From: Macrostomum hystrix
Taxonomy: Eukaryota > Animalia > Platyhelminthes
DNA length: 64,000 bases
Direction of reading: 5' to 3'
Assembly (NCBI GenBank): GCA_950097015.1
Contig: CATNEN010000010.1
Span: 434,001-498,000 of the forward strand
The notes under the pieces are model-generated. The model was not told the DNA's origin. It did not search any database and worked only from the letters and a program-made list of their open reading frames with translations. The position numbers and the translations under genes were made by a program. Positions 11,593-23,500 of the stretch are shown here, in pieces; position 1 is the first letter of the stretch; each line of letters opens with the position of its first letter.

Positions 11593-14500
11593 TCAAGTCA
11601 TCCGCTGGTTCTCTGGCAGCCACTTCAATGGCACCCACTGCGGCTCCCTGCTCAGCTGATCAGCCAGCTCCACCATATCAGTGAGCAGAGTCTGATAGTC
11701 TGTCAAGTCCACGAACTCGTCAAACAGGTCGCCAAACTCGAATTCCATGCGCTCGCTCTGGCGCGCGATACTGTGGATCTCCTGCGGAGATAAAGTGAGA
11801 GTGAGGCGGGCAGGGTTGGGGGTGAGGCATACAGGGTGTGAGACAGACAGGGGTTGAGGCGGATAGGGAGTGAGGCAGACAGGGAGTGAGGCAGACAGGG
11901 AGTGAGGCAGACAGGGAGTGAGGCAGACAGGGAGTGAGGCGGAAAGGGGGTGAGGCGAGCAGGGTGTGAGGCGGACAGGGTGTGAGTCGGACAGGGGGTG
12001 AGGCGGACAGGGAGTGAGGCGAGCAGGGTGTGAGGCGGACAGGGGGTGAGGCGGACAGGGAGTGAGGCGAGCAGGGTGTGAGGCGGACAGGGTGTGAGGC
12101 GGACAGGGGGTGAGGCGGACAGGGAGTGAGGCGAGCAGGGTGTGAGGCGGACAGGGGGTGAGGCGGACAGGGAGTGAGGCGGACAGGGGGTGAGGCGAGC
12201 AGGGTGTGAGGCGGACAGGGGGTGAGGCGGACAGGGAGTGAGGCGAGCAGGGTGTGAGGCGGACACCTCACCTTGACAATATTGTCAAGACTCAAAGGAA
12301 GCTTCTTATAGCGAATATAACGAGTGTATTTGGGTTAAAGCCGCGCGTGCGAATAAGCCGTGTAGTCACTCTTACGTTTAGCTTGGGGGGGTAAAAGGGG
12401 TGCAACAGTTGAGGCGAAGCTTAGCTTAACGGGACCATAGACAGAAGAAGAAGAGAGAAAGCCGTTAGGGCCGGGCTGCTTTGACACTGCACAACATGTC
12501 TCCCTCCAGTCAAATGAAACAAAACAACGAGCGCATGTGGCTATGTTAGTCTTATCGGGAGGGCAACATATCAACCGTCACAGTGTCAGGGTGTGTATCG
12601 GTCTGGCTGTCGCCGATTTCGGTCACCCCTGCGCGGAACTTGATCTGCCACCGGAGCCGGTGGTGTTGGGGTTTCATTGGGAGGCATGTCTGCCGGCGGC
12701 TCCAGACTTTCGTCCTCGTCGTCCTCAGAAGTGCGTGAAAGCATCGGGGCAATCTGATTGTTGCTTGCCAGACGCAGTTTGTCGTCCGTCAGCAACCAGG
12801 ATGTGTTGCGCCCTTGGGTCATGAGGAACTCTGCGCCTCGGGACGGGGTGTGGTCGGTGGCCTTGTATACGACCTGGTCACCTTGTTGGAAAGCCGAGAC
12901 AACAGGTACGCGAAGTCGTCGACCGAACACGAGCTCAGCCGGTGTCTTTGACCTTGCACCTGACGAGTTGCGGTGGTGAAGCAGAACCTTCTGCAAAAAC
13001 GCAATGAAGTCAGAGTGGGTCAGTCTCTGTGTCCAGGCCTGCAGGGCCCTCTTGACAGTTTGGACTGCTCGCTCGGCCGCACCATTAGATTGTGGCGAGT
13101 AGGGAGGGGTTTCCATCTTTCGGGCGCCGTTGGCATGCAGCCAGGACAGCAGGGCATCAGACGTGAATTCCGGTCCGTTGTCGGAGACCACCACCTCTGG
13201 GACTCCAAATCTCGTGAATACAGTACGTAACGAGCAAATAACCCTGTCTGCCGTCCTGTCGCGGGATGGAAAGGCTTCAATCCATCCGGAATAGGAATCC
13301 ACTACAATGAGAATGTTGCCCACCTCGGGCACGAAGGCCCAGTCCATGTGGATGCGCTGAAATGGAGCATCAGCAGGTGGCCAAGCATCTCGGGACTTCT
13401 GCAGTCGGGGCCGCAGGCTGCTGCATGCAGCACACTGCCACACGAATCGTTCCACGTCGCGCTGCATGCCGGGCCACCAGCAGGACAGCTCCAGGAGGTG
13501 GTAGCTGGCAGAAGTACCGCTATGAGTGTCGTGAATCGCATCGAAGGCCTCTTTCCGGAGACGCGGAGGTATGAATGCGCGCCGGTGCATGTAGAGGAGG
13601 CCGTTCTCGATTGTTAGAGCTGCTGCGTTTCTCTTGAAAGCGGCCTCTGCTTGTGTGCAGTTATGCCAGTCGCCATTGCGTACGCGACGTATGATGCGCT
13701 GTAGCAGTGGATCAGAATCAAGTTCGCTAGCGATCCGTCGAGGATTGATAGTAGGGGATTCAAAGGCAACTGAGTTGATTGCCTCGAATGCGTCGGCCGG
13801 GTCTTGACTGTCATTATCAAACGGCAGACGAGAAAGCGCATCGGCATGCGGAATGCGCGATCCGGGAACGTAGACCACGCTAAAGTCAAATTGCATCAGG
13901 TAAAGGGCCCAGCGACTGATTCTTGCCGATGAACTCATTGGTATGCTGCCACCGAAAAGCCGTAGAAGAGGCTGATGATCCGTCTGTACCGTAAATCGTC
14001 GGCCTTGGAGGTAGTGTTTCAGGCGACAGACGGCCCAGAAGATGGCGAGTGCTTCCCGTTCAATGTTGGAATAGTTAGTCTCGGCCTTGGACAGTGTCCT
14101 AGAGATAAAGATTACAGGGCGTCCTTCCTGGGTAACAACGCCTGCCAACGCTCCTTTAGAGGCATCTGTTGTGAGGGTCACCTCCTTCTCCAGGCTGTAC
14201 GGTTGTACTATTGGTCGTGATGAGATCTCCTTCTTGAGATTCTCGAAAGCGCGAGCACATGCTTCAGACCAGACAAACAGCGTGGATGCCTTGCGCAGTT
14301 CGTTCAATGGGGCGACCTTGGCGGAATAGTCAGGAATCAAGCGGCCGAAGAAATTCACCAGACCGAGAAATTGCTCGATCTCCTTCTTGGTCTTCGGTGT
14401 CGAGATGTGGCGAACTTTGTCCACGAGCTTATCATCGGGCCGAATTCCAGCGGCAGAAATTTCGAATCCAAGGAATGAAATCGAATCGCAAATGCCTGTA

Positions 14501-17500
14501 CATTTGTCTTCATTGACCGTTACCTTTTTTTCGGCCAGGCGCGTTTTGACTGCTTTCAGACGCTTCTGGAGTGCTTCAACGTTCTCAGCATAGACCATGA
14601 TGTCGTCTTGATAGATCAGTAGTCCCTTCAAGTCGGAGAGGATGCTCTCCATTGTGCGTTGAAAAATGAATGAAGCGTTTTTCATGCCCATCTGAAGGCG
14701 TTTGACGCGGTATAGGCCTCGCGAGGTATTGATGATAGAGATGCCTTGGGCGGATTCGTCCAGCTCGATCTGCCAGTAAGCCGACCTCAGATCAATCTTG
14801 GCAAACTTCTTGGCATTCTTTAACTCGCCAAAGAGGTGCTCGATGCTTGGAATAGGGTATGACTCTGGCTTTATTTTGTCGTTCACATGGACCTTGTAAT
14901 CGGCGCACATGCGCAACGTCCCGTCCTTCTTCTTGATCCAGACGACCGGAGAAGCGTTGCTCACAGGACCCTCCACAGGCTCGATGATGCCAAGCTGCTG
15001 CAGCCGGTCCAACTCTGCGTTGACTTGCTTCTCTAGTGCGATTGGAACCGGACGAGCACGGCAGAACTGGGATCGAGCGCCTTCAACCAGCTCCATCTGT
15101 GCCTTGATGCCCTTGATGGTGGGCAGCGTTGTAGCTGCAACTGTGGGGCTCGGAGCTTGAGAGTTGGTGTGAAAGAGAGAGTCGGAATCTAAAAGATCAC
15201 GGCCAAGGAGGCCGAACGGCTTCAAAGACGAAACCACGACGAATTCGGCGGGGTGTAACCTACCCCGCATCTCGACGGTAGAGCACAGCTTGCCGAGAGT
15301 CTTTAGGGTGTGGCCGTCGTAGGCCTCGAGGCGTCGGTGACTCTTTTGCAGTGGGGGCCTGCCCAGAGACTCCCAGATTGTGCTAGAAAGCACGGAGACG
15401 GATGCACCGGTATCCACTTGCATTGGTACCTTGGCGCCGTCTACAAGAAGTGTCTCAGATGCAACTTCGATTGCGTTGACCAGATCAACGTCCATAAGAT
15501 GCAGGATCTTCGAGGGCTCGGGCGTCATCGATGCATCGGATGGAACATCCGCGTGATGTACGGATTTGCTAGTCAGAGCAGAGCGGCATACGGCAGCAAA
15601 GTGGTTGCGCTTGGAGCACTTGGAACAGGTCTTGCCATATGCCGGGCACTTGCCTGCGTGATGGGATCCGCCACAGTACTTGCAGCCCTCGATGCGCTGA
15701 CCATTGGAAGTTGGCCGTCCACCTTTGGAGTAGTGCACCGATTCGTCAGTGGCCGCATTATGTTGGGCTGGCGGCGACAATGGGCCAGCCGGGCCTACCG
15801 GGGGCACCGAGTTACAGGTTTGAACAAACGTGTTGATCTGTTCACAACTTCGAATGAGGTCAACAATCTCCGAGATTGTCTGATCCTTGGTTTGCATTGC
15901 ACCGAGAATGCGCCGTTGATGCTCAGGGTTGTACAGTCCAGAAATGAGAGTAAGCCGCACCAGCTCCTCTGCGGGACTGGCGCAGTCCTTCAGAGAGTCA
16001 AAGGCGCAGTGCGTTGCTGCTTTCCTCAGGCGAGCTAAATAGTCTGCTATCGGCTCAGCAGCTTTCTGACGAATTGAGAAAAAGTCGGTTCTTTCGGCGA
16101 CAATGAGGCGCTTCTGAGGTTGTAAGTAGGACACCAGGGCTGTCTCGATCTCTTGGAAGGTCAGCTTGTCGATCTCCTTCGGAGCGACGAGATGAGTCAG
16201 CTTCTCCAAAGCAGGCAGTCCGCAGGATGCCAAAAAATTGTCTGCGACTTGTCGGGATTCGGTCGAGTCGGTCCACTTCTTGGCGCGGGCCAGAGCATTG
16301 AAGGCCTTGAGCCACATCAGTGCACGGTCAGCATCGCCGAGAAAAAGGTCGCCAAGCCGCGACGCCATTGTGAGGCGGACAGGGAGTGAGGCGAGCAGGG
16401 TGTGAGGCGGACAGGGGGTGAGGCGGACAGGGGGTGAGGCGGACAGGGAGTGAGGCGAGCAGGGTGTGAGGCGGACAGGGGGTGAGGCGGACAGGGAGTG
16501 AGGCGGACAGGGAGTGAGGCGGACAGGGGGTGAGGCGAGCAGGGTGTGAGGCGGACAGGGGGTGAGGCGGACAGGGAGTGAGGCGAGCAGGGTGTGAGGC
16601 GGACAGGGGGTGAGGCGGACAGGGAGTGAGGCGGACAGGGGGTGAGGCGAGCAGGGTGTGAGGCGGACAGGGGGTGAGGCGGACAGGGAGTGAGGCGAGC
16701 AGGGTGTGAGGCGGACAGGGGGTGAGGCGGACAGGGAGTGAGGCGAGCAGGGTGTGAGGCGGACAGGGGGTGAGGCGGACAGGTGTGAGGCGAGCAGGGT
16801 GTGAGGCGGACAGGGAGTGAGGCGAGCAGGGTGTGAGGCGGACAGGGGTTGAGGTGGGGATGAGGCGGGCTGGTGTGACTTACGGAGAGCTGGGGTTGGT
16901 CTCTCTGGCAGAAGGCGCTGTTCTGCCAGAGGCTTGTCCAGGCATCTTCTGCAGGCGGCCGGAAGAATATGGAGAAGGGCCGGAGCAAAGACTTGTGGGC
17001 TCGCAGGAGCTCCAGACCCCTGGGCTGCAGGGGCAGGACACAGACCCTGCCACTGTCGACAATGCTCTCCACGCTTTTAATCTTAAATCCGTAGCTGTAG
17101 CCGCCGGACTTCCAGGTCTCCAGGAACTTGGACTTGTGCTTGAACTTGTGCTTGCTGCAGAACCAATAGTGGACGCCATCCAGCTCCCCCTCTCGCGGTG
17201 GCCTGGTTGTGTGGGCGACGGGCGAAGCGAAGCGCTCTGGGGCGAGCTGGATGAGGCGGAGCAGCAGCTCGTACCTGACCACGCCTGGCGCGCCCAGCAG
17301 CACCAGAGGGCGCGGCCTGTCCGGCAGAGGCTGCAGCACGCCCTGGCGCTCGAAGTCAACCAGTCGGCCTGGATTTCTGGCGCAACTGGAGGACAAGCGG
17401 GGCCCACAGAGCCTCAGTATTGTCCCAGTTCTCCATGCTCAGTATTGTCCCAGCTCCCCAGGCTCAGTATTGTCCCAGTTCTCCATGCTCAGTATTGTCC

Positions 17501-20500
17501 CAGCTCCCCAGGCTCAGTATTGTCCCAGTTCTCCATGCTCAGTATTGTCCCAGTTCCCCATGCTCAGTATTGTCCCAGTTCCCCATGCTCAGTATTGTCC
17601 CAGCTCCCCATGCTCAGTATTGTCCAGCTCCCCATGCTCAGTATTGTCCCAGTTCTCCAGACTCAGTATTGTCCCAGTTCTCCAGGCTCAGTATTGTCCC
17701 AGTTCTCCAGGCTCAGTATTGTCCCAGTTCCCCAGGCTCAGTATTGTCCCAGTTCCCCAGGCTCAGTATTGTCCCAGTTCTCCAGGCTCAGTATTGTCCC
17801 AGTTCCCCAGGCTCAGTATTGTCCCAGTTCTCCATGCTCAGTATTGTCCCAGCTCCCCAGGCTCAGTATTGTCCCAGTTCTCCATGCTCAGTATTGTCCC
17901 AGCTCCCCAGGCTCAGTATTGTCCCAGTTCTCCATGCTCAGTATTGTCCAGTTCCCCATGCTCAGTATTGTCCCAGTTCCCCATGCTCAGTATTGTCCCA
18001 GCTCCCCATGCTCAGTATTGTCCCAGCTCCCCATGCTCAGTATTGTCCCAGTTCTCCAGGCTCAGTATTGTCCCAGTTCTCCAGGCTCAGTATTGTCCCA
18101 GTTCTCCAGGCTCAGTATTGTCCCAGTTCCCCAGGCTCAGTATTGTCCCAGTTCCCCAGGCTCAGTATTGTCCCAGTTCTCCAGGCTCAGTATTGTCCCA
18201 GTTCTCCATGCTCAGTATTGTCCCAGTTCCCCATGCTCAGTATTGTCCCAGTTCCCCATGCTCAGTATTGTCCCAGCTCCCCATGCTCAGTATTGTCCCA
18301 GCTCCCCATGCTCAGTATTGTCCCAGTTCTCCAGGCTCAGTATTGTCCCAGTTCTCCAGGCTCAGTATTGTCCCAGTTCTCCAGGCTCAGTATTGTTCCA
18401 GGTCCCCAGGCTCAGTATTGTCCCAGTTCTCCAGGCTCAGTATTGTCCCAGTTCCCCAGGCTCAGTATTGTCCCAGTTCTCCATGCTCAGTATTGTCCCA
18501 GTTCTCCATGCTCAGTATTGTCCCAGCTCCCCATGCTCAGTATTGTTCCAGTTCCCCAGGCTCAGTATTGTCCCAGTTCTCCAGGCTCAGTATTGTCCCA
18601 GTTCCCCAGGCTCAGTATTGTCCCAGTTCCCAAGGGCTTGCAGCACAGTAGTGTCCTAGTTCCCCAGGGCTTGCAGCACAGTATTGTCCCAGTTCCCAAG
18701 GGCTTGCAGCACAGTAGTGTCCCAGTTCCCCAGGGCTTGCAGCACAGTAGTGTCCCCAGTTCCCCAGGGCTTGCAGCACAGTAGTGTCCCAGTTCCCCAG
18801 GGCTTGCAGCACAGTAGTGTCCCAGTTCCCCAGGGCTTGCAGCACAGTATTGTCCCAGTTCCCCAGGGCTTGCAGCACAGTAGTGTCCCAGTTCCCCAGG
18901 GCTTGCAGCACAGTAGTGTCCTAGTTCCCCAGGGCTTGCAGCACAGTAGTGTCCCAGTTCCCCAGGGCTTGCAGCACAGTAGTGTCCTAGTTCCCCAGGG
19001 CTTGCAGCACAGTAGTGTCCCAGCTCAGTGTATTCTCGCACCTCAAGATGCAGAACAGCAACTCACAAGTTTGGCGAATTCTTGATTTGAAACTCCGGCG
19101 ACGGAAACAAACCGACATCTGTGCATTCACCATTCACTAAGATGCCCTGCCACCAGTCCGAGTCTTCACTCAGCACCTCGATGATGTCACCGCGTTGGAA
19201 AGTCAGCCCGGCCATCTTGCACGGGTGCAGCGGGTCGTCGTGTGGATTGTATTCATATGGAGCCCGAATGAACTGCTGCTGCCGCTGCTGCTGCGAAACA
19301 GACTGACCGTTTTCAGTGCGCCGACGAACTTTGAAGTGCAGCTGGCCTGGCTTGTTCTGTGCGTTTGATGGTTTACATTCCGTATATACTATATACATTC
19401 AGGATATGCTATGTACATTCAGGACATGCTATGTACATTCAGGACATGCTATGTACATTCAGGATATGCTATGTACATTCAGGACATGCTATGTACATTC
19501 AGGATATGCTATGTACATTCAGGACATACTATATACATTCAGGATATGCTATGTACATTCAGGATATGCTATGTACATTCAGGATATGCTATGTACATTC
19601 GGCATGTGCTATGTACATTCGGCATGTGCTATGTACATTCGGCATGTGCTATGTACATTCGGCATGTGCTATGTACAGTCGGGATGTGCTATGTACAGTC
19701 GGGATGTGCTATGTACAGACGGGTTGTGCTATGTACATTCAAGATAGGCACTGTACATCAAGGATAGTTGTGTTGTACTTTTATATGTGTTGTACTTTCA
19801 TTATATAGAAACTAGTATTTGACCGTTGCAGCTAAATATCCCATAGACAATTCGTTCTACCTGTTTGTTTGCGAGGACCGCGTTAAGAGTGTTTGCGGCT
19901 CTAGCTTTCGTGCTAACCCCGGGCTTTGCTATCTACACAAATACATTAGACCACAAGCTATCGCGGCAATACGCAACGATGGCAAGCGCAGTCAAATTCA
20001 GCGACATAATCAAGCAGTACGACGGTGAAGAGGATTTTTCGCGCTGGGCACAGAAGCTCGAACTCGTTGCCAAGCTCCAAAAAGTGAATGACCTGGCTGC
20101 TTTCATCCCACTATTTCTATCGGGAGGTGCGTTCGCCGTGTACCAGGCACTAAACGAGGAAAGCAAGTCGGACTACAAAACTCTGAAAGCGGCTCTTACC
20201 TCAGCGTTCTGCCCAAACAAGTACAAAGCATACGACGAGTTCGTGTCACGCAGGCTCGGCCCCGGGGAGTCCGTGGACGTTTTTCTCGCGGATCTCACGA
20301 GGCTTGCACGCCTAGTGGACGAGATCCCCGGGGAAGAATGGATCAAATGCGCATTCGTCCGCGGGCTTCCAGCAACCGTCAGTCAGCAGCTGATCGCTTC
20401 CTGCTCTCTAAAAGAGCTCGAACTCCATGAACTAGCGGAGAAAGCTAGAAACTTAACGATCAGTCGCGAGTCCTGCTGTGTTGTCTCGAGCGCAGGAAAT

Positions 20501-23500
20501 GCGCGAAGCGCTGGAAAGTTCGCCCCACGCAACAAAGTGATGTCGTGCTACTCGTGCGGCAAGGAGGGCCATGTGAGCAAAGAGTGCATGGAACGCAACC
20601 GAGCGAATCAAGGTTGTTTTGTTTGTGGAAAAGCGGGACATGTGGCTGCTCGATGCCCGCAGCGCGCCGATTTTCAAAAAAACGAGTGATGGAAGCGCGG
20701 AATGTTTGCGCCAACGGGCTTCCTTGTGCACCGGCGCACCTACCATCGTTAAGTGTTCATGTTAATAGTTTGGTCGTTACTGCTTTAGTAGATACTGGTT
20801 GTTCGCGGTCCATCGTTTCTTCACGAGTTACTGGAGTTAAAAAACGTCCCGTTCACGAGAGGGTCACGATGATGAATGGTGACTCAGCAGAATGTGAATG
20901 GGAGGCTGACGTTGCTTTGTCTGTTCGAGGCCACCAATTACCAGTGCTGCGATGTATCGTTATGGACATCCTTCCTGGGTTCGATTTGCTGCTTGGGATG
21001 GATGCTATCAGCCGATTGGGCGGTGTCTCTGTGAAGCGAGATTGCCGCAGTGTCCGCTTCGGTATTGAAGAGCAGTCATTAGCGCTGGAGACTGCTGCGG
21101 TAGCCAAGGCTTTCTCAAAACCAAAGGCGGAGTCACCTGTGAGCTGTCCGGCAGGAGAGGTCGAGTCACCTGTGAGCTGTCCGGCAGGAGAGGTCGAGTC
21201 ACCTGTGAGCTGTCCGGCAGGAGAGGTCGAGTCACCTGTGAGCTGTCCGGCAGGAGAGGTCGAGTCACCTGTGAGCTGTCCGGCAGGAGAGGTCGAGTCA
21301 CCTGTGAGCTGTCCGGCAGAAGAGGTCGAGTCACCTGTGAGCTGTCCGACAGGAGAGGTCGAGTCACCTGTGAGCTGTCCGGCAGGAGAGGTCGAGTCAC
21401 CTGTGAGCTGTCCGGCAGGAGAGGTCGAGTCACCTGTGAGCTGTCCGGCAAGAGGAGCGAGGCTTGCGAAAAATACTTTAACCGAGGCGTGCCTGGTGCT
21501 TGAGGAAAAAGACTTCTCTGCTAAGTTTATCGATGGAGAGTGGACAGTGGCATGGAAGTGGCTGGATGAGGCCCCACTACTGTCAAATACGATAGCTCAA
21601 TACCGAGTCCCACCAGAGGCGGTAGGCGAGTATGAGTCAGAGATAAAAGACTGGATTCAGCGAGGTTGGCTGCTACCGTTCGAAGGTGACAGTGACGGCG
21701 TCATCCCTCTGATGGCAGTGGTGCAGACCAACAAAGCAAAGGTGCGGCCTGTACTCGACTATCGCGAGTTGAACCAGTACGTGTCAAGCCACACCGCCGA
21801 AAGCGTCGTGTGCGGCGCCAAGCTCCGGGCCTGGCGGCGGCTCGGTGAGAATGCGAGTATCATCGACCTGCGGAAGGCCTACCTACAACTGCGATTGGAC
21901 CCCAGTCTCTGGCGCTACCAAGTAGTGAGGTTCAAAGGCCGCCGTTACTGTCTCACCCGGTTAGGATTCGGACTCAACGTGGCGCCAAAAATTATGACGG
22001 CGGTTGTGAACAAAGTCCTGTCGATGGAAGACGACGTGCGTGAGGCCACGGACTCTTACATTGACGACATTATTGTGAACAATAGCAAGATTCCGAATGA
22101 ACGCGTAACTGGGTTGCTTGCCCGGTTCGGGCTAGAAGCCAAGCCTCCTGAGAGCCTCATTGGGGGCCGCGTGCTCGGCCTCCGCGTCTACCGTCGAGAG
22201 GATGGGGTCATTTGCTGGAAACGAGACAATGTCCTCTCTCAGTTGAAAGGTCCAGCAACACGACGGCAACTATTCTCCTGGTGCGGCCAGCTAGTAGGCC
22301 ATTTCCCCGTCGCCGCATGGCTGCGTGTCGCATGCAGCTACTTGAAGCGGGTCACCAGCACAATCGCGTGGGACGCTATCGTCAGCGAGTCTGCCATGCG
22401 GATCGCCCAAGAAATCAGCGAAATGGTCCAGGAACGAGATCCTGTCGCTGGGGTGTGGACCGTTGACGAGACTTCGCGCTGTCGCGTCTGGTGCGACGCC
22501 AGCAGCATCGCCATTGGAGCCGTCATCGAAATTGGTGGCGTAATCGTGGAGGACGCCTCGTGGTTGCGAAAACAAGACGACGCTGCGCACATCAATCTTG
22601 CCGAACTTGAGGCGGTCCTCAAGGGTATCAACCTTGCCCTCGCTTGGGGTACGAGGAAAGTTGAAGTGTTGACTGATTCTGCAACCGTGCACGGCTGGCT
22701 CCAGTCTTTGATTGTCGGCGATAAGCCCGTGCGAGTCAAAGGTTTCGGTGAAGCTCTGGTTCGGAAACGGCTATCATTAATCCGAGACACGGCGTCGGAG
22801 TGCGAGCTCGAGCTACTGACATCGCTGGTGCCATCTTCAGCAAACAAGGCAGACGCACTGACGCGAGTACCGCAACAGTGGCTGCGCCAGCGGCCCTTCT
22901 GTGCAGTGGCGCTGCGCCCCGTTGACATGGATCTCCGTGCGTGCCACGAGAAGCACCACTTCGGGGTGGACAGGACGCTCTACCTGGCCAAACTGTGCTT
23001 CCCTGAACGTGAGGTACTGCGTGAAGAGGTTGAGCGCATCGTTGCAAACTGCATCCGATGCAAGTCCGTAGACCCTGCGCCGATGGTTTGGGACCATGGC
23101 AGACTCGAGGTGGATGCAAACTGGTGGCGCTTGGCCTGCGACGTGACCCACTTTAAGGACGACCGCTATCTGTCCATTGTTGACTGCGGGCCGAGCAGAT
23201 TCTCGCTGTGGCGAAAACTCACCGACGAGCGGACAGCGTCAATTACCGGGATACTCGTGCAGGTGTTCCGAGAGCGGGGCCCTCCCTGGCAGCTGCTTCT
23301 CGACAATTCACCGACCTTCCGCTCCGCTGAGGTCCGTGCGTTTTGTGAGGCTTGGGGAGTGCAGCTCCTCTTCCGTTGCGCTCACCGGCCGTCAGGCAAC
23401 GGAATAGTCGAGCGCAATCATCGGACGATTAAGCGGATGGCAGCCAGAACCGGAAAGGACGTACTGGAAATGGTGTTCTGGTACAACATGGCTCCAAAGG

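Noticed and set aside
15310-16038. Antisense ORFs over the gypsy, piggyBac, pirin, SDR and LIG3 coding regions
   Set aside because: Shadow frames of GC-rich coding sequence with no motifs.
16833-18784. Long repetitive ORFs (608, 480, 454 aa), and similar ones at 7.1-8.5, 9.3, 24-26, 27, 42-44, 49.5, 53-54.5 and 57 kb
   Set aside because: They are stop-free translations of minisatellites, open in several frames and on both strands, lying in introns defined by flanking exons.
19769-19967. Tf1-type self-priming for the second gypsy element
   Set aside because: The complement of the PBS is not in the LTR; only short partial matches (TAGCT, CCGCG) occur.
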